From assembly GCF_006345805.1 (NCBI RefSeq), contig NC_043014.1:35774001-35838000 (forward strand): a stretch of 64,000 nucleotides of DNA, read 5' to 3'. Both the position numbers and the translations under genes were made by a program. Shown in pieces: positions 26,780-40,639 of this stretch (positions are counted from its first letter, which is position 1; each line of letters starts with the position of its first letter). The notes under the pieces were generated by a model. It had not been told where the DNA came from and searched no databases. It saw nothing but the letters and a program-made list of their open reading frames with translations. The DNA is from Octopus sinensis. Taxonomy: Eukaryota.

Positions 26780-27979
26780 CATGGTGGGTAAGGTATTTGA
26801 GAACACATCTATTTGGGGTCATTGCTAACACCGTATAATATTTGTTTCAGAAAATAATAATGGCAGACTCTCAGCTTACACAAGAAATGAAGAGGCATGC
26901 TGTTATTGTGGTTATAAAAGCTGTGGTTATAAAAGATTGAGAAATATCTCGATTTTCAAAAGTTGCCAGATCTTTCATCTACAAGGTTTGTAAGGAGCTA
27001 GAGACTGAAGATGGAAACGTATCACTAGTATCAAAGCATAAAAAGCATTTTAAACGCTCTGAAACCATGAGAACACTTGAATTTATCCAACAAGTTTAAT
27101 AGACCATTGATTGCAATCCCAGGAAGTCCATGAGGTCACTTGCAAAAGATCTCCATGTGTCAGAAGGAACAGTCAGAAATGTTGTCCACGAAGACGTATA
27201 TACGATGAGGAATGGTCAATTTGTCAGAAAAAGCAAAAGAAAATCACTATATCAGATCTAAAAGGCTCTTAAACGAACAGAAAAATCCAGCAATTGATTT
27301 GGTTTTTCTCAAACGAGAAAAACTTCGACCAAGATCAGAAAGTTAAGAGAAGAAATGACAGATGTTTATGTGCAAACCCTTATGAATTTCCAAGTGTTAT
27401 GCATACAAAATTTCCTTCAACTGTCATGGTTTTAGGAGTTGTCAGCAATGAAGGGCATGTGATGCCTCTTTACTTATTTCCACAAGGCCTTAGAGTTAAC
27501 TCTGCCGCCTACATTGAGGTCCTGGAAATAATTGTTAAGCCTTGGATAGACAGTATATGCAATAGAAGGCCATATGTGTTTCACTAAGACTCCGCACAAT
27601 CACACATGTCTCTAGTAACACAGGAATGGATGGCTGAAAATTTTCATGATCACATAACCCCTAACATTTGGTCTCCTAATTCTCCAGATCTCAATCCATT
27701 GGACTATTACATGTAGAACATTGTTGAGAGAGAGTTGAATGAACACGCCCCATAACACCAAAGATTCTTTGAAAGCTGCCATAGTCAGAGTAATGTCCAA
27801 AATGAACCAGGACCACTTGATTCGAGCATGTAGATGATTTAGATCTCATATAGAAGCAGTTGATGAAGCTGAAGATTTATTTTTATCCTCATAGTATTTT
27901 TTGATAAAGTTATTTGTTATTATATACCTGTTTTTTTTTTTATAAACATAAATCTGTCCTCAAATATCTTACACACTCA
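26780..27979 (+). mobile_element. maT (DD37D)-type Tc1/mariner transposon, decayed
   Basis: WFFSNEKNF, VMVLGVVSNEG, PYVFH*DSA, W.PNSPDLNPLDYY. Imperfect TIRs (GTAAGRTATTTGAGRACA) with TA flanks. Confidence 0.8.
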
Positions 27980-28096
27980 TATATATATATATATATATAT
28001 CCGTAATAATGAAGGGGTAAAATTAAATTTGGAATAATTATCATTACACCAAGTAGTCTTCGCATGTAAAAGCCTCATTCGAGGAAAATTTAAGTA

Positions 28097-28351
28097 ATAC
28101 TAAGCAATAAAGGTTTAGCACGAATTGTCACATACCGAATTTAGAAATAGCAGTCAAAGAGTTTAGCTATTTCTTCGACTAAAAGGGAGATCCAGTAAAA
28201 CAGCATTGGAAGGCAGACACAAACGTTTGTCTGCCTTCAATTGCTGTTTTTACTGAGATCTCCCTTTTTAGTAGATGCTATAACTCTTTGACTGCTATTT
28301 CTAATTCGGTATGTGGTAAGGCAATCGTTGCTAACCCTTTTTGCTTAGTAT
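28097..28351. repeat. Imperfect 255-bp palindrome (foldback)
   Basis: ATACTAAGCA...GAAGGCAGAC ACAAAC|GTTTGT CTGCCTTC...TGCTTAGTAT, centred on 28224/5. Confidence 0.85.
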
Positions 28352-29061
28352 ATAATCTATAATATATATTAAAGCTGTGATCATTGTCAGTATTAATTGG
28401 TTATCCGACGCCTGAGTCAATCCTAAGCTTAGTGTTTGTGACTGCTTCAAAGTTTGGTTAAACTTGCTGTTTTTAATTCCACATTAATGTGATTTGAATA
28501 TAAACGAGGCACAACGAGATTAATATAATGAACACACACGCTGTGTGCATGTGTATGTATGTGTGAGTATGATTTTATATGAATATATAATATTTAAACA
28601 CACACACACACACACATACGCACACACACACACACACACACACACACCACACATAAAATATATATATATATCTATATATATATATATAGATATATATATA
28701 TATATATATACACAGAGAGGGAAAAGCTTCTGGAAATTAAAAGAGCGTATCATTTTTCGTCTTAACTACACGGAATACCACGAGGAAATCGTTACCCAAT
28801 CTGCTACTTTCGTCACGACCGAACTGACATCTTTAATCACAACTGACACATTTTTGACTGACATATGCTGACATATCGCTTACTTAACCAGTTTCCATAG
28901 ATTTGGAAGTTGTGGTAAAGGAAGAACTATATAGCAATATATTTCACAGCGGCACTCAAAAGAATCGGATAAAATTTGAAACATGAAAAAAACTGGTGGA
29001 TGTCAACGTCGACAAAACTAATGATAATGAATGTAAAGAAGGCGTTTGTCATCTATTATCT

Positions 29062-29462
29062 TTTCTTACTTGCTTCAGTCACTGGACTGCGATCATGCTT
29101 GGGCATCGCCTTGAAGTGTTTAGTCCAAGAAGTCAACCTCAGTTCATATTTTTTTATTAAGTCCGTTGGAGGTCTTGCCGAAACCGTTAAGTTACGGGCA
29201 CGTAAACAAACCAACCTCGGTTGTCAGGTGGTGGGTGGACTGCAAACATAAACAGAAATACATATTGACACATACTTGCATACATACATACATACATACA
29301 TACATACATACATACATACATACATACATACATACATACATACAAGTACACATATACATACAAGGGTGCTTATGTAAATATATATGTATATATATATTCA
29401 TACATACATACATACATATATACATACATACAGGTACACATACATACAAGGTGTATATGTAA

Positions 29463-29497
<35 letters not shown>

Positions 29498-29755
29498 ATA
29501 TATATATCATACATACATACATACATACATACATACATACATACATACATACATACATACATACATACATACATTTACGTATGTACGTACGTATGCGATG
29601 GTTTCCACGCGGTTTCTGTCAACACCAAGTTCACACACAAGACACCAATCGGCCCGAAGCTATATTAAAAGATACTTGGCTCGATATGCCGCATAGTGGG
29701 AGCGAACCCAATGCATCGTAGTGACAAAGCGAGCTTCTTAACCACACAGCTATGT
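29062..29755 (-). mobile_element. SINE family A split by an expanded (TACA)n microsatellite
   Basis: 3' half at 29062-29270 and head half at ~29590-29755. Confidence 0.65.
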
Positions 29756-30921
29756 TGAACATCAGCAAAATTATTTGATTGATTTTTGTCGTTTAGTCAA
29801 GAGAGAGAGGCGGGTTTCATCGCCCTTTACAGGGTTTCCAAGACTGGTGAAAGGAAGGGAAAAAGTTATAGTCATGTAGGAAACCCGACCAAATTGCTTG
29901 CAACATTCTATTAAAGGTACCAAAGGGCCAGGAGAGGGCCCTTTTAAACATGTACTTATGTAGGCTACTGTTGGATTTGCACTCAAGAGCAAAAATCCTG
30001 TACAAAGACCACAAGACATCTTGTCCTACGCTCTAACGTTCCCATCAGGTAACTGCTGTATTCTAGTACTATATATATCAACCCCAGTATGAGGAAGGAC
30101 AAAGCGAACTTCCACAGAATTTGAACTCTCTTCGTAATGTTCCGGAATTAATAATCCTTTCTACTATAGGCACAAGGTCTGATATTTGTTGGGTGGAAAC
30201 TCGTTCATTACATCGATACCAGTACTTGACTGGTAGTTACCCCGAAAGGATGAAAGGCAGAGTCGACGTCGGCGGAATTTGAACCGGAAGAAATGTCGCT
30301 AAGCATTTTGTCCGGCGTGCTAACGTTACATGTGACGGAATAAAAATGGTTTCAAAATTTTGGCACAAGGCCAGCAATTTTAGGGGAAGGGGGTAAGTCG
30401 ATTAAGTTGAACACAATGCTCAACACGTACTTGTTTTATCGACCATGAAATGATGAAAGTCAAAGTCGACCTCAGTGAAATTTGAACTCAGAACGTAAAG
30501 GCGGGCGAAATACCGTTAAGCATTTTTCATAGCGTACGCTTAACAACCTCTTTCAACCTGTACCTAAAGTTTCTTTTTATACACTCACAAAAATACAAAC
30601 ATACTCCAGTCGTTATCGAGACACAGTTACACAACGCCTCCAGTAGTACAAAAGTCACCAAGAAGAGAATTCAACTCCGTATCAATGCAACATCTACCAA
30701 TGCTATTATCACTCTTTCTTACCAGCAACACTACAAAGCATCATGTACAACCAAATCTCAAACTCAAAAATATTCGTATCACACACAGAAAGGTACACAT
30801 ACTAAGATCTGTATAAAACACTGCTCACAACATTCGCAACGCACAAAAGAAAGCAAAATGACCATACACAAGATTGCCCTTTTTTTCGAATAGAAAGAAA
30901 CTTTCTTTCTTCTTTATGCCT

Positions 30922-31400
30922 TTAACCCTCGAAAGCGGAGCATAGGCCACTTATAGTTGAATTCCATGTCGCATGATTTTTCGCTTCTATACTTATACTC
31001 TGCCATGAATGTCTCCCTTTCTCTAGATCCTTTTGTGTTGATCTCCGCCATGAGTTCTTAGGCCTACCTTTCTTTCTATATCCATCCGGTTTCCACTGTA
31101 AAGCACTTTTCGCTACATTTGGTGTGTCTTTTCTAATTGTACTACCAATCCACTTCCACTTTTTCTTAAATATTTGCTCCCTAATCGAACCTTGATTTGT
31201 TCTTTGCCATAGCTCCATATTGCTTATGTGTTCGGCCCATCTAATTTTAAGTATACTATGCAAGCATCTGTTGATGAATGATTGTATTTGCTTATTTGAC
31301 TTAACTGTTGTTCGCCATGTCTCAACCCCATACAATAACACCGCTTTTACGTTAGTATTAAAAATTCTTATTATTCTTATTACTATTCTTAGAAAGAAAC
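30922..31400 (-). mobile_element. RTE-clade LINE 3' RT fragment
   Basis: IFNTNVKAVLLYGVETW...FINRCLHSILKIRW...WKWIG...ALQWKPDGYRKKGRPKNSWRR. Confidence 0.85.
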
Positions 31401-31727
31401 GGCAACACATGAAATTAATCAAATATGAGCTGCGTTGAACTTAACACTTTTTCTTTAGCAATATTCAGACAACTTGCGATTGTACCTTAAATGTACTTCT
31501 CAACATCTTATTTACAATTCTTCGGTTACAATTAACAGTTTTTAGAACATGCGTCAGATTAACTTCAATTGTTTCTTCTTTTTTTTTTTAATTACTCCGC
31601 AATCAACATCTATACGCTTTACATCATTCTTTTAGACGCAACACACGGAAATTACATTGTCAAAAAATAAATGGAGCCATGAATCATGAATCCAAAACGA
31701 CGAACTATAATATCAAATAAAATAATA

Positions 31728-32148
31728 GGCGCAGGAGTGGGTATGCGGTAAGTAGCTTGCTTACCAACCACATGGTTCCGAGTTCAGTCCCACTGCGTGG
31801 CAGCTTGGGCAAGTGTCTTCTACTATAGCCACGAGTCGACCAAAACCTTGTGAGTGGATTTGGTAGACGGAAACTGAAAGAAGCCCGTCATATATATGTA
31901 TATATATATATATATTGTATGAGTGTGTACGTATATTGTACATCTGTGTTTGTCCCCCCAACATCGCTTGACAACCGATGCTGGTGTGTTTAGATCCCCG
32001 TAACTTAGCGGTTCGGCAAAAGAGAACGATAGAATAAATACTAGGCTTACAAAGAATAAGCCCTGGGGTCGATTTGATTCGACTAAAGGCGGTGTTCCAG
32101 CATGGCCACAGTCAAATGACTGCGACAAGTAAAAGAGTAAAAGAGAGA
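31728..32148 (+). mobile_element. tRNA-derived SINE family A (CORE-like TTGGGCAAG segment, internal microsatellite), full-length
   Basis: Head GGCGCAGGAGTGG..TGCGGTAAG..GGTTCCGAGTTCAGTCCC, shared body, and GTAAAAGA tail repeats. Many copies in the window. Confidence 0.85.
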
Positions 32149-32415
32149 GTACTGGAGTTTGGGATTTCTTCTTTTTTTTTTTTTTTACCACATATTACTG
32201 CCTTTTCAACAAACCGTGTCTGCTTTGCAGTTTTGGAGTGCGTGAAATATAATTTTCCATTCTCTTCTTTCTCAATCGTTATTCACCCCTAATAGCTACT
32301 TGTTGGCAAAAATGTTTCATCTCATTCAAATATGTAAAACCATTTATCCAACCCAACCGTTGAATTTCATCAATGAGAGTTGCTTCACTTTCCACGAGAT
32401 TTATTTTCGAACATA

Positions 32416-33706
32416 CGAGGGGCGTTCAATAAGTAATGCCCCTGACCCACTTTCCATAGCAGTAGAGCAACGAAACTTGGAACAGTTATTAGTCTTTTTC
32501 TACATAGGAACCACCCAGAGTTACGCATTTCTCCCATCGTTTGATGCAGCTCTGAAGACCGTTTTTGTAGAAGACCTCAGCTTGGTCCTCCAACCACGAC
32601 GTGACTTCAGAAATCAAGACTGCATCATCTGGGAAACGCTTTCCTTTCAAAAACAACTTCATGGCTGGGAAGAGGTGAAAATCAGAGGGTGTAAGGTCAG
32701 GAGAGTAGGGGGTGGGGGATGAGTTCATAGCCGCACGCCTGTGCTTCTGATCTGGCGACACGCGAGTTGTGGATCGGAGCGTTGTCCTGCAGGAGGAGGA
32801 TGCCTTTGCTTATCTTGCCCCGCCTCTTGATTTTGATAGCTTCTCTTAATTTCCTCAAAAGTGAAGCATAATAGACTCCTGTAATTGTGGCACCCTTTGC
32901 CAGGAAATCTGTCATCACTACTCCGTCCTGGTCCCAGAAGACTGTAAGCATGACCTTGCCAGCGGAGGGCTGCACCCTTGCCTTCTTTGGAGGAGGTGAG
33001 TCACGGTGCTTCCACTGCATTGACTGGGCTTTGGTCTCTGGATCATAGTGATGGACCCAGGTTTTATCCTATGCAATCAGTCTTTTGAAAAATTTTGACT
33101 CATCTTCTTGGCACGTCTCCAAATTCATCCTCGAGCAATCGACGCGTTCTTGCTTCTGGAAAGGTGTGAGCAGCCTGGGAATCCATCTGGCAGACACCTT
33201 TTGCATATGCAAATGGTCATGAATGATAGTTTCCACAGACCCGGTACTAATCTTGACCTCATGGGCTATTTGGCGAATAGTTATGTGTCGATCTTCCAAA
33301 ATGGCAGCCTCAACTTGACAGACAGATGCCTCATCAATGGCAGAAGGGGGCGACCAGGTCTGGGAGCTGTTTCCACAGAGTTCCGACCATGTTTGAATTC
33401 ACGATACCAGCGTTTTACAAGGTCATATGATGGGGCATCATCACCATAAGTTACTTTCATTTCATCAAAAGTCTCCCGTGGTGTGCGTCCTTTCAAATAC
33501 AAAAACCGGATCACTGCTCGACACTCAACATGCTCCATTTCACACTTGACTCAGTTCAAACACCTGTAAATCGGAAACCACAATTAGTTCAGAGCTGTAA
33601 TTTGCCCCTTAATCTATAGAGATATAGATAATTGCACATGCAAAAATTTCAGCTAGATCAAACAACTGAAAGTGGGTCAGAGGCATTACTTATTGAACGC
33701 CCCTCG
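32416..33706 (-). mobile_element. Full-length mariner (DD34D) transposon, transposase disrupted
   Basis: 39-bp TIRs CGAGGGGCGTTCAATAAGTAATGCC(C/T)CTGACCCACTTTC with 1 mismatch, TA on both sides. Transposase pieces MEHVECRAVIRFLYLKG, KVSARWIPRLL, *DKTWVHHYDPE, LLQDNAPIH, PYSPDLTPSDFHLF; one stop and two frameshifts. Confidence 0.95.
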
Positions 33707-33936
33707 TATCGTTTTGTTACACGAAGACCACACTTTGCCTCGTTTCAGTCTAATCATTTCATAAATATTTGAACCAATTGCCCCACTTTCAATATTTTGA
33801 ATTCGCCATCGATGATTGAGCCAGCTGATTCACCGTTGATCACCTACCTTTCCCTTAACCATTTTTCTTTTCATTCGCACATTCCTGTTCCACCCCCTTT
33901 CTACACGCCACACACACACACACTCTCTCTCTCCCC

Positions 33937-33976
<40 letters not shown>

Positions 33977-33985
33977 TCTCTCTCC

Positions 33986-34021
<36 letters not shown>

Positions 34022-34325
34022 ATCTCAGTAACTCGCATTACATATACATTTATTTCTCGGAAATTCTTCGTCATAATTTGATAATCTTAATGATAAAACT
34101 TGTAATTTTAATCCAATGCTTTTCAGGTGTAAAAATTTTATGCACACATACACGCACTTACAACTACCTATACATACATATATACATACATACATACATA
34201 CATACATACATACATACATACATACATACATCATACATATATGCATACATACATGTATACATACATGCATACATACATGCATACATACATACATACATAC
34301 ATACATACATACATACATACATACA

Positions 34326-34358
<33 letters not shown>

Positions 34359-34485
34359 TCTTATATTGTATATATTGCATATATATAGAGAGAGAGGAGG
34401 AGAGAGAGTGAGAGAGAAATACGTGTACATACATATATACATATATATATACATATATAGATGTGTGTGTGTGTGTGTGTAACTT

Positions 34486-34531
34486 GGGTTAGGGTTAGGA
34501 TTAGGGCTAAGCTTAGGCTTAGGACTTTGGG
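34486..34531. repeat. Short degenerate (TTAGGG)n interstitial telomere-like tract
   Basis: gggtta gggtta ggatta gggcta agctta ggctta ggactt. Confidence 0.6.
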
Positions 34532-34803
34532 TACGTGTCTATTAGTATGTCGATTAGAGCACGTTCACCATTTGGGCAACCCGATGACATCTTCAGTTAC
34601 GATATAAGTTTCACTGTATCTACATAAGGAAACCCACAGTGTTTGTTGAATTTACACTTGATTAGGAAACTGAAAGATGGATTTTGTACGAATCTTTATT
34701 CTTCGTGCTAAAGAAAGATTCGTACTAAATCCATCTTCGTTTCCCTCATCAATTATACACACATACACACATACACACACATATATACACACATACACAC
34801 ACA

Positions 34804-34842
<39 letters not shown>

Positions 34843-34952
34843 ATATATATATATAATATATAATATATGTGTGTGTGTGTGTGTGACCGCGTGTGTACCG
34901 TTGGCGATTTTTTTCCTCCGTCTTCCCTTCTCTGGATGTTTCCTTTTCCTAT

Positions 34953-34987
34953 GTTTCTGACGAAGAGCTCCGCTCGAAACGTAAAAC
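34953..34987 (+). ncRNA. Minimal type I hammerhead ribozyme motif in a ~220-bp repeat
   Basis: gttt CTGACGA a gagc-tcc-gctc GAA ACGT A aaac: intact core, stem I gttt/aaac, stem II gagc/gctc, palindromic ACGU stem III. Confidence 0.75.
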
Positions 34988-35897
34988 CCTCCTTCTTCCC
35001 TTCCTTCCCGAGCGTCCAATAATACTATATTTGTTCCACGTCCTCGCGTTGTTGTGTTTTCATGTTTGGATTAACTATATATGTATATATATATATAACT
35101 ATATATGGATTAACTATATATGTATATATATATAACACAAAATGGGACAAGAACGCAAAACATCCGGACAACTAGATGATACAAAAAGGGACAAAAAAAC
35201 ATCCAGATAGACGATACAAAAAAGCAAGGACGGGTCATTCGAAGCCTTTTATCCTCAGTCAAGAACCGGATCATCCTTGCAATTTCGGCTGATTAATCTT
35301 GAGATTGCTCTAATCTGGCCAGCCCCAAGGGAAAACTAAGCTAAGAACATTAGATTCCTTGGGAAAAAGCATCAAATGTATACGAAAACAAGGACGGAAA
35401 AACAGACGATGTTAAACATATATATATTTGAGAGTGTCTGTGTGTCTTTTGTATGTTATTGTATTTTTAAGATTGCAGTGTATTGTAACAGTCATTTCTG
35501 TTGCTCCAGTGACACAAGTAATTATGAATAATATTAATAATGATATCATCATCATCATCTTTATTATTATTACTAAACCAAATCACTATTATTTGTACTG
35601 CTATCATTATTAGTACTATTAATAAAAACAAACCATTATTATTTACACTGCTATCATTACTGGTATTATTGTTATTTATACTTATCTGTTTTTTTTTTGT
35701 TTTTTTTTCGTTTTCTATATTGGAACATCTGGTGAAATTCTAAGCATAAAGCGTTTTTATGACTCTTCAAGCATCGACACGGATTGATCCTTGAACCACT
35801 ACAACTGACAGGATCGATTGACTGACCTGGGAAGACCCACGTTGGTTTAGACGTTGTGTTTATATTTAGTCAGTGTGTATGTGTATGCGTATGTATA

Positions 35898-35936
<39 letters not shown>

Positions 35937-36179
35937 GTGTGTGTGTTTATGTCTATATGTCCAAGGCAGGTGAGATATAAAATAAAAAGAATAAACAAGA
36001 CAGTGCCCGGAGCTAGGGACAGTGTACTCATTCTCTTGCGGCGCACATGCGCACACATACACACACATACACACTACTCACAGCCTCTCTCAACCTACCT
36101 CTTTCTTTCTCTCTCTCCCTCACTCTCCTATATATGTCTGTGTGTATACATACACGCACACACAAATATATAATAAATA

Positions 36180-36256
36180 TATATTTATACATACATACAT
36201 ACATATATATACATATATATATAATAAATATGTATGTATATATACACATATATATG

Positions 36257-36302
<46 letters not shown>

Positions 36303-36395
36303 AATACATACATATTCATACATATATATATGTATGTATATATATATACATATATATATATATGTACGTATATATATATAATATATATATATATA

Positions 36396-36467
<72 letters not shown>

Positions 36468-36792
36468 GTGTGTATGTGATCAAATGGATATGTGTGTGTG
36501 TTTGTGTATATTGCAGGAACAGAGTATATTTTTTATGCTATGTATTCATGCCTAAACACGCGTGCGTGCACACACATATGGCGACTATTATATACATGTA
36601 GATATGGTTGTATATATACATGTGTATGTGTGTGTGTGTGTGTGTACATATGCATCTATTTGAACGAATGTACATAATATACGTACATATATGTTAAGGC
36701 GACAGAGTAAACACCCGCCAGCCCGCAAGCACACACGCACACACAGGGAGACATTCATAAACACATACACACATCCACACATACATACATAC

Positions 36793-36823
<31 letters not shown>

Positions 36824-37067
36824 TATATATAAATACATACATGCATACAAACATATATATATATACATACATACATACTTATATATAAATACATACATAC
36901 ATACATACATACATACATACATACATACATGCATACATACATGCATACATACATACATACATACATATAAATACATACATGCATACAAACATATATATAT
37001 ATACATACATATATACATGCATACATACATACATACATACACATACATACATACATACATACATACA

Positions 37068-37101
<34 letters not shown>

Positions 37102-37115
37102 CATACATACATACA
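36180..37115. repeat. Compound (TA)n/(TG)n/(TACA)n microsatellite block (representative of dozens in the window)
   Basis: Directly visible; explains the YI/HT/CV/MYVC low-complexity ORFs. Confidence 0.95.
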
Positions 37116-37263
37116 TGTGCATAAGCGGTATAGAAAAAAATCCCTCCATCTAACTATCTATTGTTGCTCCCTTTTAATCACAAAAGTTTATAGCCGCAAT
37201 TACGTCCTATTATCCAACATTTACCATACAATAACTGAAAATGTGACGAAGTTTCTCTTTTTC

Positions 37264-37331
<68 letters not shown>

Positions 37332-37560
37332 CATCTTCCTCCCGTTTTTTCTCTTTTTCTCCTTTCCTCTCTCCCTCACTTTTTTATCAATCTATCTACC
37401 TACCTATTTATCTATTTATCTATTTATTTATCTATCTGTCAATCAAACGTAGTTTAGATAGATTTACTTCAACGATCATTGAAGTATATTCTTTCGGTTT
37501 TGCTCATTAAGTAAACTAAACATAACAGCAAGAAATATTAACATTATTATTATTACATAT

Positions 37561-37603
<43 letters not shown>

Positions 37604-37909
37604 GTTATATTGCTATTCGTAATCGAACGACTACATTCGCAGTAGCAGTAACAACCACAGCAACAGTGAAACAAGAACCACAGTAACAACAATACCAAAA
37701 GCAAGTGCAAGCTCATCTGTCTCACGAAGATATAAAACAAGAAAAGTAACACTAAAATCAAAAAGAAAAAAACTAATACTACCAACGTTTACCATCATCA
37801 CCACTACCACCACCAACACCACCAACACCTTCACCACACTGCCACCAGAATTAAGAAGAGAAACACTGCCATCAACAATCGTTAGAACAACAAACAATAA
37901 CTACAATTA

Positions 37910-38315
37910 TTTCTTTACTACCCACAAGGGGCTAAACACAAAGTGGACAAACGAGGACAGACAAACGGATTAAGTCGATTACATCGACTCCAGTGCGTAA
38001 CTGGTACTTAACTTATCGACCCCGAAAGGATGAAAGGCAAAGTCGACCTCGGTGGAATTTGAACTCAGAACGTAACGGCAGACGAAATACCTATTTCTTT
38101 ATTACCCACAAGGGGCTAAACATAGAGAGGACAAATAAGGACAGACAAACGGATTAAGTCGATTACATCGACCCCCAGTGAGTAACTGGTACTTAATTTA
38201 TCGACCCCGAAAGGATGAAAGGCAAAGTCGACCTCGGTGGAATTTGAACTCAGAACGTAACGGCAGACGAAATACTGCTAAGTATTTCGCCCGGCGTGTT
38301 CACTTTCTGCCAGCT
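37910..38315 (-). mobile_element. SINE family B dimer
   Basis: Same junction at 38091/2. Confidence 0.85.
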
Positions 38316-38878
38316 ATGACGACGTCAACAATAATGGCATAACAACCATAACCATTTAAAACTATAACAATAGTAGTAACAGCAAAAACAAGCACTACAT
38401 CAACAATAAAAGCACTAGCTATGCAACAATACCAACAAGAACTATCTCTACAATAGCAACACCAACACTAAATGAACACTACCAAGACTACCACAGCTGC
38501 ATTTCCGACCTCAGTATCAAGAACGATTACACCAAAATTATAAAAAAAACAGTCAGAGGACGATTTTGGGGTCGTTCAACCTGTTAGAAATAGCAACCAA
38601 AACTTCCTCAAGTTATGCCATTTAAAGGGTAGGCGAAGACATAGCATCCGAGAAGTGCTGGGGGCCCCTCATACTGTAAAGAAAGGCAGGATACTTCAAA
38701 GTTGGAACTATCTGAAACGTGTTTGGTTGTATATCTGCCCAATCAGAATTGACCAGGATGTAAGCAAGAATAACAAAAACATAGATAACACATATACAAA
38801 AAACAAAAACTACAAGCACAAAAAACAAAGCAATTACTATCGCTTCAATAGACCATAAACAATCCTCATTGCACAAAA

Positions 38879-39033
38879 ATGGACGTTCCGGCTGGAAATG
38901 ACAAGACGTCCATACATGAATATAGACAAACAGCGCCCAGTGTTGTTCCTGAATTGGTGTCGGAGTTCTGTCAAGAAACCAGTCTGCATGGGGTGCGAAA
39001 CGCGTATGATTCCAAAAAATACAAACTTCGAGG
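38879..39033 (+). CDS. DEG/ENaC family ion channel, coding exon 1 (N-terminus with HG motif)
   Basis: ATG at 38879 with an in-frame upstream TAG at 38849. Translates MDVPAGNDKTSIHEYRQTAPSVVPELVSEFCQETSLHGVRNAYDSKKYKLRG, containing the family pre-TM1 motif F..ETSLHG. Ends GG|gtgagt (phase 2), matching the phase-2 acceptor at 44620. Too short to appear in the ORF track. Confidence 0.85.
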
Positions 39034-39375
39034 GTGAGTTTTTATTTATGATTTGGATGCACAAGGTCAGACGCACGTAAATATGACTTAACTTGTTCTC
39101 TCGTTCTTCAGAATTCCATTGAATCAAGTGCAGGGTTACCAGACTGGGTTACAAGAGGCAACTTTGTAAAATGCACTCTTATGCAGGACTGCACGCTACT
39201 GTTTCTTTATTTGTTCTTTATAGTTTGTCTTTATTTAGTCATATATTATTTTTTATTGATTTGGTTGTTTTCTTACTTTCAAATTTATAATTCTTAAAGA
39301 TGATAATCCAATTGGATATCATTTAATTATCAACTAAATTAGAACCTATCTAAGGCAATCCATTTATATGTGTGA

Positions 39376-39431
<56 letters not shown>

Positions 39432-39641
39432 ATATGTATATGTATATATCTATACATATATATATAGTGTGTGTGTGTGTGTGTATGTATATATATATAT
39501 ATATTATATATATATATACATATACATATATATATGTGTGTATCTATATATATACATATACACATATATATATATATATATGTGTATGTATGTATATATA
39601 TACATATACACACACACACACCACACACACACACACACACA

Positions 39642-39699
<58 letters not shown>

Positions 39700-40414
39700 T
39701 GATACATATGTGTGTATTAAGAGTCTATGAATAGGCATTCATACAAATATTCTTCTATAAGTGCAAGCCTAATATTTATATATGTATATGTATACCTATG
39801 TAGGTATATGTATGTTTATGTATGTATATATGTAAATGTATATCTATCTATCTCTATATATATAAGGGTGTATGTAAGCAGGTATACATACATTCATATA
39901 TACTTACACACACATGCACATACGCACACAAACACACACACATGTATATACACTCACACATACATATGTATATAATAGGAGATACTGAAATCCTGGAACC
40001 ACGGAATCACGTCAGTGCATGATCTGGCAATCCAGATGAGCAATGGTGCATCATTCCGTGTGAATATTATTAATATGGCACCTATATAGAAACAGCTGAC
40101 TTATAATTTAATAGTGAAAAAAGGTTCCTTGTTATTGGGATGTCTATGCTTTATCTCAGTGTAATTCATATGGTAAGTGAAGTTATGTGACTTCTTGAAC
40201 TGAGACTCGAAACTATGCTTGCACGGGGAAAAGTATGAAGCATTAGCTACAAACGTCACGTAGTTGAAAAAAAGAAAGTTGAGTTTGTTTTTTTTTACTT
40301 TCTTGCCTTTCTCAAGGTCATTAGTGACGTAGGTGAACGTTGATACATATCTTTATGCAAGAATCAAAGCGATTTTGCTTCCTTTGAATATGTGGAAGAA
40401 CCGCATATTTACCG

Positions 40415-40639
40415 CGAGCTGGCAGAAACGTTAGCACGCCAGGCGAAATGCGTAGCCGTATTTCGTCTGCCGTTACGTTCTGAGTTCAAATTCTGCTGAG
40501 GTCGACTTTACCTTTCATCCTTTCGGGGTCGATTAAATAAGTACCAGTTACGCACTGGGGTTGATATAATCGACTTAATCCGTTTGTCTGTCCTTGTTTG
40601 TCCCCTCTGTTTTTAGCCCCTTGTGGATAGTAAAGAAAT
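40415..40639 (+). mobile_element. tRNA-derived SINE family B (MetaSINE-like CCTTTCATCCTTTCGGGGTCGA domain), monomer with 10-bp TSD
   Basis: ATATTTACCG at 40405-40414 and 40640-40649 flanks the copy. Confidence 0.85.

Noticed and set aside
29770-30020. Possible RTE endonuclease relic (VGFALKSK)
   Set aside because: Only one short motif amid stops; too weak to call.
31728-31800. tRNA genes at SINE heads
   Set aside because: A/B-box-like heads continue into shared SINE bodies, lack a closable acceptor stem and occur in many diverged copies.
35226-35265. Minus-strand CTGAGGA...CGAATGA in a repeat
   Set aside because: No stem II or III, and no GAAA.
38898-39080. ORF-track protein MTRRPYMNIDK...
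   Set aside because: Wrong frame. The frame starting at ATG 38879 gives the ETSLHG motif and a phase-compatible donor.
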